NCBI GenBank assembly: GCA_051362555.1 | Contig: CM120641.1 | Coordinates: 26,976,401 to 27,040,400 of the forward strand | Source of the DNA: Lingula anatina | Lineage: Eukaryota > Animalia > Brachiopoda | Direction of reading: 5' to 3' | Length of the DNA stretch: 64,000 bases | Shown here: positions 28,801-41,100 of the stretch, one piece after another | Layout of the letters: each line of letters opens with the position of its first letter | How positions within the stretch are numbered: position 1 is the first letter of the stretch | The notes under the pieces: model-generated | Told to the model about the DNA's origin: nothing | Seen by the model: only the letters and a program-made list of their open reading frames with translations | Databases searched by the model: none | Made by a program: the position numbers and the translations under genes

Positions 28801-28887
28801 TTGGTAATTCGCTTAGTTATACTACTTGAAACTATATGCTGCCATTTGGTCGGTTTTTGTGACAAAAAATTGACATTGTATGCATCT
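25874..28887. mobile_element. Possible ~3-kb non-autonomous TTAA-type (Kolobok-like) element containing the 34-bp minisatellite
   Basis: Ends ctaa|agatgca...gtcaa and ttgac...tgcatct|ttaa. Only ~10 bp of inverted match, so tentative. Confidence 0.35.
26417..26970. repeat. 34-bp minisatellite, ~16 units
   Basis: Unit gatttgaggggtgacaggtggggagagtccattc; period 34 (for example gagggg at 26521 and 26555). Confidence 0.95.
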
Positions 28888-29415
28888 TTAAGCAGGACTA
28901 GTCAAAATAAAATTGATATATAAGGGAATTTCATAGTTTTGAATTTTTACATTTGCTTTCATAAATCTTTTCAGAATCGACTGAAATATCTGCATACACT
29001 GGCGGGAAATAATAAAAAACATTTAGCTATTATTCTAACACGAAAAAGAAACCCAAGTAATATCCAAGTTTATATAAAACGGTAAAATGGCCTTGGTGTT
29101 CAAAGTACGAACATTACTTACAACACGTTTGTATACTACCGCTTGCAGACTAAAGAATCCGTAAGCAAATCGTTCACTGTACTCGTTATGGTTTTCCTCC
29201 ACGTATCAGTGACTGAAAGCAAAGGAAGAAACTTGGTAAAACTGATAAAATCAATGATCATGATAAAACAAAACGATCCAACAAAGTTCCCCTTATTTTG
29301 TATCTTCTGTTAAAAAAACACGAAAAAATAAACATTTGCCTTAAGCAGTTAACATGTATAATTAGATGAAAATATTTTACGATTGATTTGCATTATACAA
29401 CGATAATATTTGTAG

Positions 29416-31670
29416 TCGGCTGTTTCACAATCAGGGTGAACAATTAAATGTGGTTCATGTTACAAGTGTCTGACAAATTAGCAATTTATGATTGGAGATT
29501 GCTGATAGACTGATATCAAAGACACTGTACATAGGAGCAAAATATGAAAAAAGAATTATAATAATCGGACTACAACTTACAAAAATATAGCCAATTATGT
29601 GTTCAAAAAGTAAGCATTTTTAGCTGTTACGATGGGTCATTTGCAATTAAGGTCATAAATATAATGCACTAGCTCTTTATGTCAATGATTTATGGTGAAT
29701 ATGATATTGGTATATAATTCCCACAACATATGTCTTCTCTTCTAGCAGGTACTTCCAAAGATATGTTCTGAGAAAAAAATATTTTAACCATTTTGGTGAA
29801 ATAGGCTTTGATACACATTTTATTTATTTTTGTTCATGCAATGAAAAACATGTTTGACAAGGCCAAATATTACTTTGAAATCACCTACGTGATGATTAGA
29901 TGAATTTACAATGTTATGACTTAAACATAATAAAGGAGTTGTGCATATGTAACAATTATTAATAATGCTGTGGTATTTATAATCATGAGCCCCTTGATAT
30001 CTCATAATTTTTGTAGTGTCCGTATCCCCCAATCTGTTTTATTTAAGAATCACGGCATATTCTGTCTGATTTTATTATTTTATGTATGTCCACACTGACA
30101 TTTATTTTGCAGGAAGAAAATAGCACATAACCCCTTATTATGAAAAGATATGCACGTATTTGCTGCCAAATGTAGTGTCCGTACCCCCACTGTAGTGTCC
30201 GTACCCCCAAGTTATACATTAACCATTGGATAACTGGCTACTTATCAATGATGATAAAACTTCAAAATATGGTACAAAATATTGTTCTAGATTATATAAA
30301 ATGCATCCATGTCTTATGATGTTTAGAAAAACATTGAATATAAATATATATTAGATAAAGTGATGCTAATTAATTAGAGTCAGGCAAGAAATTTTGCAAA
30401 GAAATAATATCAGTAAAGATGCTACTCTTTGCATTCAAAATGAACAATATTGCTTTGAATATATTGCCAAATATAGCTAACTGCAAAATAATGAACTGTA
30501 TATGGATATTATTCTATGGATTAATGTATATGATATTTTTTCAGGGGGTACGGACATTACAATACATGCATAATTAACAGAAGAACATTTATAATTCTCT
30601 CAGTGAATGAAGTATCAAACATGGATGACAATGAACAAAGGCCAAAAAGAAAAAGAAAATGGGAACCTGAAAATTTTACTGTCAGCAAAAATACTTTGAA
30701 AAAAGACATCAAAGAGCTAATATCCGTAAAGATGCTAATAGTCTTGCTGAAGCACGTAAGGAAGACGCTGAATGCAGGGGCGGATCCAGAGTTATTTTCT
30801 GACAGTATTCCAATTTATCTTTGTTGATCCATCCCCCATTTTTGACCGTCTTCCGACAGAAAAAATTAGATACCAGTCAATGTAAACTTGACAAATCTGA
30901 CCGTCTTCCGGGAGACCCAGAGGACGCCCTAAATCCGCCGCTGGAATGCACGCAATATAGCAGAGAAGCAAAAGAACCATCCAAGGATGTCCCTGCAAGA
31001 AAGACTAAAGAAAAGAGAAGAAATGAGGGCATACTGACAGAGAGTCAAGGAGAAGCAGAAATCCAACAATCCTGAAAACAGCAGAGCAAGAGGTGCAAAT
31101 TAACGAGAGATGAAAAATAAGAAAAGACTCGAAAAACAAGAATAAAGACTGAAACAAATAAATAAATCAAAAAGGCCAAGCAACAGAAAGAAAATGTTTA
31201 AATTAAAGTCTGGTGAATGAAAGTCAAACTGAATGACAGTGGGTGTAACAAGAATAAAACGCCTTCTCACACAACCAAACGCCAGCATCCACTGAAAAAC
31301 GTGCTGTGGTGTTTCTCCAAAAAAAAAAACGTTTTGATTCATACATGTACTTGTATCCTTTTGGTTAAAGATTTGCTGTTATATCTTTATTTTGATATTT
31401 TTAGAATGTTGACAAAAATAACCGGTAAACAATATGATATTTCAGTTACAAAAGCATCAGTCACTTGAATGTGTAGTGTCCGTACCCCCAAATCATAGCC
31501 TAAGCTGCGTTCTGTTAATTTGAACGTAGCACAAAAAGTAATTAATATTGTGTTCTAAAAATTTTGGATGTCATAGTTAAGATGTTATTCATTTTTTCTG
31601 TTGCAAAATTAAACAAATGCATCAGAGTTCATTTTTCTCTATTTGGTACCCCTGATTGTGAAACAGCCGA
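29416..31670. mobile_element. Decayed ~2.25-kb TIR DNA transposon (possibly Tc1/mariner-pogo group)
   Basis: Perfect 21-bp inverted repeat tcggctgtttcacaatcaggg / ccctgattgtgaaacagccga. The internal motif tgtagtgtccgtacccc recurs at ~30012, 30171, 30191, 31473 and inverted at ~30545. Broken Lys/Arg-rich ORF pieces lie at 30600-31300. No catalytic domain is recognisable, so the superfamily is tentative. Confidence 0.65.
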
Positions 31671-32039
31671 GTGCAATGTGTAAAAACGTTTGATTATATT
31701 TTATGTCGAGGACTTGTTGTGGCCTGATAGCTTTCGAGAATTTTCTGTTTCTGTGAGTGAACAATAGTGTTACCTGTACATTGTCGAAACTCAGAAAATT
31801 ATCTGAAAATTTTACCAAATGGTAATCTTAGGGCCATTTACGAACCCATTAAAATATTAAAAGAACATTTCAAACAAAATGTCTTAAATTTTCGTTTCAA
31901 TTACCAAAACAGTTCTACAAGTGGTAGATGGCGAAAAAAAACGTCCCTACGCAATGTCACATGCTTTTACAGAAACTAAAGAATATATCAATTTTAAGAT
32001 ATCTGTGCCCTTGTGTTATAATCTACCTGCCTGTGGATC

Positions 32040-32600
32040 TTGACAATAGGCCCATTCAAGCACCTCTGCTTTTCTGCGTCTTTGTCTTTGCTTCTGTATT
32101 ATTTTGCTTCGTCTCTGTTGTGTTGAGGTTCATCATAGTTATATAAAAGGGGTACATTTTCCAAACTTTATCTGAGCTGCTTTTGAAGCTGTTAAATGAC
32201 TCTACTGGAAAGTTGTTCCAGGAACCGGTGGTTCTAACTGAAAAAGAAAATGATTTTTAATATCGCTGACGATGTCACGTTTGAAGATTCAATGGGCGTT
32301 CCCTTGTTGAAAAACATTATTCACTCAATTTGTTTTAAAATTGATACCTTGGTCATTAATTTGTTAGAATCTTGTTGAGTTCTGTGATATCTGATATCTT
32401 CTATCAATCTTCGACATGCTAAGCTGGATAGTTTTAATTTTTAAGCGTTGTGGAGATGGGAGATCCTTTGTTGCGAGCTTCTGTACATTTTCAACTGCAG
32501 TTACGTTTTTCTCATGCCGTGCCCAAATCTGGTTAGCGAACTCTAAACGATATATTACCAGTGATTTGAATAAAAACTTAAGTTAACAGTGCCAAAAATA
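32040..32600 (-). mobile_element. Degenerate 3' fragment of a CR1/L2-clade LINE ORF2
   Basis: The minus strand reads KFLFKSLVIYRLEFANQIWARHEKNVTAVENVQKLATK and ...FSVRTTGSWNNFPVESFNSFKSSSDKVW. These resemble the conserved post-RT C-terminus of CR1 elements (LYKSLVRPHLEY..VW..LEKVQRRATK ... FS.R....WN.LP....NSFK..LD). Confidence 0.7.
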
Positions 32601-33579
32601 TGAAAAAACTATGAAGCTGAAAGTGTATGGAGTATTTCCCAAGCCACACACATTAGTAGATGTACTTACGGCACACTATTGCTGGCACAAATAAAAGCCC
32701 TCGGTACCATCAGCGTCTCCGCCTTGAACCTCCACCTTATTTAGTTGGTCCTACCTGAGCACCGCTCACTAAATGGTCACTTACCTGACCTTATTTGCAT
32801 AATAACAATCAACTCAAGCATTCTCCAATAGGGAGCGCTCTCTGTTTGGGTGTGGCGTAACGAGATCGTCTTGTACTCAGACTGATCTGCCAAGTGTCTC
32901 GTCTTCTTACTATTGGAAACCCAGTAGTTGGAAATCAGTGGTACAGAAAAATTTTTTTAAAAAATCTACAGTGCGGCTGAGTGTGATGTGATATTATGTT
33001 AAATAAGAGAATATTTATAAATGTAAAACAGCATTTAAACAATTTGGCAAAGTAAACGAGATTGTAAAAAGAGTAATGTTTGAAATGGTAATTGATATCG
33101 AAACATTTATTGAAATATTATATAGGTATTTGTCATAGGTTTTCAGAATTTTTTATTCGTTCTTTGTGATCCATCAATTATCTTCAGTCTACATTTGCCA
33201 ACTATCTGAAACGCAATCCTGAGACGTGTGAGGAACGAAGATACTTCAGTCTTTATTTTATATTCTCTTCTAATTTGACCAAAAAATCATGAGACAAAAT
33301 TCCAATTTCACAATTTTGCTGAATAAAGAACCAACGGAGTTCCAGTTTGTAACCCCGTTTTCTGCTAAACTAAGATGCAATTATTGTTATATCGATTGCT
33401 GTTTTAATTTGGTAACTGATAAAATATTTTCCAATTTCGTCACCTAGAAGAGATGTTGAACAAGAGATTCAGAAAAATGAAAACTATAAATAATGTATAA
33501 TCATGTTTTATTCATCACTAGTAACTGGTCAGAGTGATTCTGTATTCACTTATCAAGGTTTTTCTCCATAAATCACAAA

Positions 33580-34311
33580 GTAGCCACACATTGGAATAAT
33601 GATTACCAGTACAGCAATGAATAACTACACACATAACGCCATGATAACAATTTCAAATTGATTACGATGATATTAAAGACAAGTTTCAAGACATGGTTTA
33701 AGACAGAATATAAATGTAACATGTAGGCAACGTCTTTAAACTTGACAGATTGTCGCCATTAATTGTGCTTTTATTCAGGTGTTTTTCTCAATTACCAGAT
33801 TCTACTTATTTTCATACATTACAGCAATGTCTCAACATGTTTTTTTTAACTTGCTACTAAACACATGTTAATTCACTCCAGTAAATTCAAACTTAAAGTA
33901 TAGTTAGGCTTAAACAACATTCAAATCTGCTTAGCAGTTGGTTACCTTTAACTGATCTGGATTCTTTACCATGAAACAATACTTTCTAAACAGGAATAAC
34001 AGTGATTGTTATATCAGAGGCTCACTGCTATGATATGATTGCAAAAATACAAAGTAATAATTTACTGGCAAAACTCATAATAACAGCAACATTTCTTCTT
34101 CTGTTTGGGTCTGTTTACTACAGTGCCATGACACCCATATAGACACCAGAATATTTGACGAGGTAAATAATCACCACAGTTAAAGTGTGTTGTCTTGAAG
34201 AGGTGTCAAGTTCATTCAATTTTGTCCACTGTGCTACCTTTCTTTGGTAGAGTTTTTATTTTCAATGGAAGAGTAAGTGTCCTTGCTAAAAACATAGCTC
34301 AGCCCAGACAA
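33580..34311 (-). pseudogene. CRLS1: Duplicated CRLS1 last-exon fragment (34311-34234) plus 3' UTR copy
   Basis: Aligns by eye with ~40455-41180 and encodes LSGLSYVFSKDTYSSIENKNSTKER*, versus LSGLSYVYSKDTYSSIQNKNSTKER* in the intact gene. The splice acceptor and first codons are missing. 32920-32992 also matches 40301-40377. Confidence 0.85.
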
Positions 34312-34524
34312 CCTTCATGCAATAAAACATAATACTTAACAGCATATTGACCATCAAAATTTTTATAAAAAAATAAAAGTATCATGAATATTCAGAAAAT
34401 GTGATTTGGGAAGGTCTTCAAGGCCATGGAAGTTCAGTCACACTTTCAAAATGCCAAAATGTAAACAAGAGATAACTGTACTGAAATGATTTTCTTTCCA
34501 TTTTCAACACCTTTTTTAAAACAA

Positions 34525-34694
34525 AACTAGAGGATCAGAGAGGCGATACCGCCTCTGGATATTGTACCACCAGCTGGAGTAAGAGCATTCGTATGCCCCC
34601 CCCCCACCAAAAAAAAAAAAAAAATTGGACACTACCACCAGTCTTGTGCTTGACAAGCTCTATAAAATGCAATAAACAAGAGTTCTCAAAATAT

Positions 34695-34729
<35 letters not shown>

Positions 34730-36595
34730 AAAAAACATAACAGTTAAAATGGTCCAATCAAGGAGATGTTCAAATTGACCTGTATTTTCCTAACACTGAT
34801 CACTCCTGTGATTTTCTAGACAATAGGCCTATTGGTTTTCCTTGAAATGCATTATCAGTATTGCATATACCGGTATGCTGACAAAAGAGAAAACCTAGGG
34901 ACAACACTGGGCAGATCTCTGCTAGTTTTGAAGATATGAAGGGCAAGAAAATATGCAGAGTTCAGTTTGTGATAAAAAGTAGGTCAAAGGTCAATTTCAA
35001 GGTCACAGTATATGACTTCCTATATAAGTTCAATAGTAGCTATGGGCATTTCTTTGCCAATGTTGGAGATATGAAGGCCAGGAAACAGCAAAGTGCAGTT
35101 CATCATAAATAGTAGGTCAAAGGTCAATTTCAAGGTCACAGTAAGATTGCCAGTATATGACTTCCTATTCAAGTTCAATAGTAACTTTGGACCTATCTCT
35201 GCCAGTTTTCGAGATATAAGGGATAAAAAAATTTGCAAAGTTCAGCTTATGTTGAAAAGTAGGTCAAATGTCAATTTCAAGGTCACAATAAGAATGCTAG
35301 TATATGACTTCCTATTCAAGTTTAATAGGAACTATGGGTGTATCTCTGCCAGTTTTGGAGATATAAGGGATGTAAAATTTGCAAAGTTCAGTTCATGGTG
35401 AAAAGTAGGTCAAAGGTCAATTTAAAGGTCACAGTTAGATTACCAGTATATAACTTCCTATTAAAGTTCAATAGTAACTATGGGTGTATCTCTGCCAGTT
35501 TTGGAGATATAAGGGCTAGAAAATTTGCAAAGTTCAGTTCATGGTGAAAAGTAGGTCAAAGGTCAATTTAAAGGTCACAGTTAGATAACTTGTATATAAC
35601 TTCCTATTCAAGTTCAATAGTAACTATGGGCGTATCTTTGCCAGTTTTGGAGATATAAAGATCAGAAAACTTCAAAGTGCAGTTCATCATGAAAAGTAGG
35701 TCAAAGGTCAATTTCAAGGTCACAGTTAGATTACCAGTATATGACTTCCTATTCAAGTTCAATAGTAACTATGGGCATATCTCTGGTAATTTTGGAATAT
35801 TTAACATTTTCCCCACTGAATATTGCGATGTTGTAATTTTTGATATAGCGCAATGCCTAAACCATATCTAAAACAAAAAAATGGACACCACCTCCAGTAT
35901 TGCACTTGACAAGTTTTACAAAATGTAAGGAACAAAAGGTCTCTGGCATTTACCATTCCAGAATAAAAGCAAGTTTTCAGTTTCGGTATCTAATGGCTGC
36001 TTCTCCCGTGAAAATGCACCGATTGACCCCAAACTCCCAAAGATGAAAGGAGTCCCCAATTGTAACCCCTCACTATAACAGGAGAGCTTAGATCTGTGTA
36101 GTTTCCAAAAAATAGCACAAACAAATATTTTTTTGCAGAAAATTCCCATTTTTAGAAAATTTTGGCTTGTTTGACCTTGAAAAAAAGGTCAAAAGTCAAA
36201 TCCAAGGGCATATTTGGAATTTCCAGATATGACTTTCGGTCAGGCTTCTGTGGTAATTTTTCCCATAATTCCTTTGGTTTGGGAGATATTTAGCCTTGAA
36301 TTTTCAAAAATTTTGACAAGGGTGCGTTTCAACAAGTGTCAAGCCCAGGCCAATGCACCGACAGAGACAAAAAAACCAGGGTGTTCAAGTTGAGATCATA
36401 TGTGACCTAAATCCAAGAGATGGGGACACAGGTCCTGGCGGTCTAGGAGGAGAAGCGGTAACGGTGACTTGTTTCCGGCGCCCGACTGCGGAGCCGCAGG
36501 AGCCGGCGGAGCCGCAGGAGCCGGCGGAGCTGTACGAGACGGGTCGGGACTAAAACCATGAGTACCGCCAGCGTATACGCTGGTGGTACTAATAA
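34525..36595 (-). mobile_element. Non-autonomous Helentron-like element (HINE/DINE-1 type), family A, copy 1
   Basis: One end has CTAG next to a small hairpin (agaggcg-atac-cgcctct) and the subterminal motif gtaccaccagc. The other end has a 30-bp near-palindrome agtaccgccagcgtatacgctggtggtact containing the complementary subTIR. Internally there is a 9-bp GGAGCCGGC-like microrepeat and ~6 tandem 146-bp units. Both ends sit in A-runs (TT target on the minus strand), and no ORF is present. Confidence 0.75.
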
Positions 36596-38996
36596 TCAAT
36601 AAACTGTCATTTTTAAATGTTCAACTAGGAAAATTGTTGACATAAGAAAAATATCAATAGAACAATTTTCAATGTCCAATTTGCTCCATTTGCAGATGCT
36701 GAACATAGTGAATGATTAAATCTGACAAACTGCAATGATGAGTTCCTTTCCATTTATGAAACTTTATTACACAATGCACAATAACAGGTTTACCGTCATT
36801 TTTATATAATCAACTAACAATATTGTTAAGAAGCAGAAAATGTCAAAACAACACTTTTACATATATTATTAGTTCCATAATGAGACTGTTAACATGCCCA
36901 AGAATTAAATCTGAAGAAATAACAATTATATATAAAAATACAGAAAATGCACAGCACTTCTGGTGGATGGGAGTTAAAAATCACATCTTGAGGATGCTAG
37001 TGTTTGAAAAATAATTTTAAAAAAATTTTAAATAAAACGTAAAAATTTCCAATAAAGCTGCTATTCAAACTTTCAATCTAGCTGTATTAACTTGATATTA
37101 ATAACCCCACCAAGTTTGAGAAAAATAAAGCACTGTTATTCATCTATAGCATGTTGGCATAACACATTTTTTTGTTGTAAATTTATTTGCAATGTTAAAC
37201 ACCATTTATCTGCACAATTATCCCCAAATCCTAATTTTGTGACACAGTTAAGAGAGCTAAACCTATGGGACTTTACAGGGAAATCTCAAGGAGTGTTTTA
37301 TGTAATCTCATTTAATGGCCAAGTAACTTTATAGACCTTAATTTAATTAGTGATCACCCATTCCTACAGTACCATCATATAGCACAAATGTGTTATAGGT
37401 GTTGTATACATGCTGAAAAAAGTGAAAAAACAGCATTACTTCCCTAAAAATGACCCGAACATGCTGATTTTCAAACTTGACCTGCGTATTATAAATATAC
37501 ATTTGTTCTGCAAGTTTCAAGCCAAAAGGTAAAATGGTTTTCCACTTATCATGTTATCAGTGTTGCATATATGCTGAAAAAAGTGAAAAACAGCATAACT
37601 TCCCTAAAAATGACCCGATCATGCTGATTTTCAAACTTGAACTGCGTATTATGAATATTCATCAGTTCTGTAAGTTTGAAACTAAAAGGTAAAATGGTTT
37701 TCCACTTATCGTGTTATCGGTGCTGCATATGTGCTGAAAAAAGTGAAAAAACAGCATAACTACCCTGAAAATGACCTGATCATGCTGATTTTCGAAACTG
37801 ACCTGCGTAATATGAATATTCATTAGTTCTGCAAGTTTCAAGCCAAAAGGTACAATGATTTTTCACTTATGTTATCAGTGTTGCATATATGCTGAAAAAA
37901 GTGAAAAACAGCATAACTTCCCTAAAAATGGCCCGATCATGCTGATTTTCGAACTTGACCTGCCTATTATGAATATTCAGCAGTTCTGTAAGTTTCAAGG
38001 CAAAAGGTAAAATGGTTTTCCACTTATCGTGTTATCGGTGCTGCATATATGCTGAAACATGACAGCACTGTTCTGCAATGGGTTTACTTCCATTTTTAAA
38101 ACACTTTTTTAACATAAAACAAAATAAACAGTTTACTACCATTTGTATATGACCAACTAAGAAAATTGATGAGATGGGAAAAATATCAATAGAACAGTGT
38201 TAAATGTCCAATTTCCTCCATTCTGAGATTCTGAAGATAGTAGATGATTGAATCTGACAAACTGCAATGAAATGAGTTTATTTCCATTTTTGACACTTTA
38301 CTACACAATACACGATATCAAGTTTACCATCATTTTTACATAATCAACTAACAATGTCATAAAGATGCAGGAAATGTCAAACAAACACTTTTACGTATCT
38401 TATTAGTTCAATAATGACACTGTTAACATGCCTAACAATTGAATCTGAGGAAATGTGAAAAAACAGCATAACTTCTAAAATAATGGCCTGATTATGCTGC
38501 TTTTGGAACTCAACCTGCGTTTTAGTAAGATTGACCACTCCTGTAAGTATAATGACAATTGGCCTATCTGTTTTTCTTATATTGTGTTATCAGTGCTGCA
38601 TATATGTTGAAAAAAGTGAAAAAATAGCATAACTCCCCTAAAAATGGCCTGATCATGCTGATTTTCGAACTTGACCTGCGGATTATGAATATTCATCAGT
38701 TTTGTAAGTTTCAGGCCAAAAAGTAAAATGGTTTTTCACTTATCGTGTTATCGGTGCTGCATATATGCTGAAAAAAGTGAAAAAACGGCATAACTTCCCT
38801 ACAAGTCACCCGATCATGCTGATTTTCGAACTTGACCTGCGTATTATGAATATTCATCAATTCTGTAAGTTTCAAGCTGAAATAAAAAACAGTTTTCCAC
38901 TTATCGTGTTATCGGTAAAAGTGCACGACGGCGACGACGGCGACGACGACAGACGCAGATGATGGCTATATGTACAGACACGTGTCTGTACATAAA
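36596..38996 (-). mobile_element. HINE-like family B copy with an expanded ~160-bp tandem array; its other part lies at 34312-34524, split off by the family A insertion
   Basis: ~160-bp units tgctgaaaaaagtgaaaaaacagcataacttccctaaaaatgacccgatcatgctgattttc... start at 37411, 37572, 37732, ~37890, ~38605 and ~38766. The terminal palindrome is tgtacagacacgtgtctgtaca at ~38971-38992, preceded by a gacggcgac microrepeat. Confidence 0.7.
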
Positions 38997-39398
38997 AAGA
39001 TGCCAAGGCCCATAATACATGCTAATGATTGTGTTACATGTACATGTATAATTAAAATAAGGTTGTGAGGACTTTGTAGAGCCAATCTGAATCAAAAAGG
39101 TGATATTGTAACTTTGAATAAGATTGAAAAATAAACTTATCAAAAACTGTATACCTTTTCAGTCATGATAGATAAAATAATATGTTGACTGAAATGTTAG
39201 TGACTGACCTTAATTGGAGTGATGTTTGTTTGTATTGGTCACTGCAAATTTACCAGTACTTGTAAATGGTTTTCTTGCCTCAGTTCTCAGTCTTGCCTAT
39301 AAGTGCTAAGTACCCTCACTGCAGGTAAGGCCTCGCCCCATCTAGTGTTTCAGACTGTAGTGACTAAGGTAGTAAATATAAAGAGACGTGCATACTTA

Positions 39399-39598
39399 CT
39401 ATACTGTGTCTTGTTCTCCAGTTTTCTAAAATTTGTTTGATGTAACTGAATTTTTGGTATTTTCTTCACCCTTCTTTTCAGCATCATTAGCTTTTATGGC
39501 ACTTTCGTGAAATTGTCCCACACTGCATTTCAATGGATGAGATTGTAATTTGCATAAAGGAAATGACTTTCTCCTTTCGTAGTTCATCCTCTCAGTTC
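39399..39598 (-). pseudogene. CRLS1: Duplicated fragment of CRLS1 exon 1 (3' half); the adjacent intron-1 copy extends to ~38995
   Basis: 38995-39598 aligns by eye with 57653-58278. It translates as TERMNYERRKSFPLCKLQSHPLKCSVGQFHESAIKANDAEKKGEENTKNSVTSNKF*, with an in-frame TAG (plus-strand cta at 39426-39428) and 2 extra nt before the GTAAGT donor. Confidence 0.85.
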
Positions 39599-39607
39599 TC
39601 TCATTTT

Positions 39608-40300
39608 ATTTTCACCACTGAACATTGCTCAGTTGTGCTTTTTGATATAGTGCAACTCCTTGACCGTATAGCAAACAAAAAAAAAAAAAAAAACGTACAC
39701 CTCAAGAGGTCTCTAGCATTTATGGTTCCAGAATTAGGGAGAGTTTTCAGTTTCAGCATCTAATGGCCGTTTCTCCCATGAAAATGCATCGATTGACCCC
39801 AAACTCCCAAAAATGAAAGGAGTCCCTAATAGCATCCCTCCACCATAATATGAGTGCTTAAGCCTGTGTAGTTTCTGAAATTCGGCACAAATAAAAATAT
39901 TTTTGCAAAAAATTCCCATTTTTAGAAAATTTTGGCCATTTGACCTTGAAATAAAGGTTAAATGTCAAATTCAAAGGCATATTTGAAATCCTCATATATG
40001 ACTTTCGGTCAGACTTCTATGGTAATTATTCCCATAATTCCTTCAGTTTAGGAGATATTTGGCATTGAATTTTCAAAAATTTTGACAAGGGTGCATTTCC
40101 ATGAGCGTCACACCCAGGCCAATGCACTGACTGAGACCAAAAAAACAGGGGGTTCAAGTGAGACTATATGTAACCTAAATCCAAGAGATGGGGGCATGGG
40201 ATCGTGCGGTCTAGGAGGAGAAGAGCCGACAGAGCCGTACGACACAGGTCGAGACTAAAACCATAAGTGCCGCCAGCGTACACGCTGGCGGTACTAATAA
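39608..40300 (-). mobile_element. HINE-like element family A, truncated copy 3
   Basis: Matches ~35808-36595, including the terminal palindrome agtgccgccagcgtacacgctggcggtact. It lacks the 146-bp array and the CTAG end. Confidence 0.7.
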
Positions 40301-41100
40301 TCCAGAAGTTGAAGAACAGTGGTACAGAAAAAATTACCAAAACAAAAATTCTTAAGTGCGGCTGAGTGTGATATGATCACAAGATATAATGTCAAATAAA
40401 AGGACATGTACATGTTAGGCAGCATTCAAAATGTCGGGCTAAAACACTAAACACCCTCACATTGGAATAATGATTATCAGTCCCGCAATGACATAACGAC
40501 ACACTGCGTAGAGGCACCGTGATTACAATTTCAATCATGACGATATTGAAGAAAAAAGTTTCAAGACAAGGTTTAAGACAGAATATAAATGTAACATGTA
40601 GGCAACGTCTTAAAACTTGACAGATTGTTGCCATTAATTGTGCTTTTATTCGGTTGTTTTTCTCAATTACCAGATTCTACTTATTTTCATACATTTCAGC
40701 AATGTCTCAACTTTTTTTTAACTTGCTACAAAACACTTGTTAATTCATTCCAGTAAATTTAAACTAATAGTATGCTGTTTAGGCTTCAACAACATTCAAA
40801 TCTGCTTAACAGTTGGTTATCTTTAACTGGTCTAGATTCTTTACCATGAAACAATACTTTCTAAACAGGAATAACAGTGTTTCTTATATCAGAGGCTCAC
40901 TGATATGATTGCAAAAACACAAAGTTATAATTTACTAGCAAAACTCATAATAACAGCAACATTTCTTTTTCTGTTTAGGTCTGTTTACTACAGTGCCATG
41001 ACACCCATACAGACACCAGAATATTTGACAAGGTAAATAATCACCACAGTAAAAGTGTCTCTTGAAGAGGTGTCATGCTCATTCAATTTATCCCACTGTG

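Noticed and set aside
35020-35871. ORFs such as SRSKVNFKVTVRLPVYDFLFKFNSN (also at 53885 and 54899)
   Set aside because: Translations of the 146-bp tandem unit of a non-coding element; the period is not a multiple of 3.
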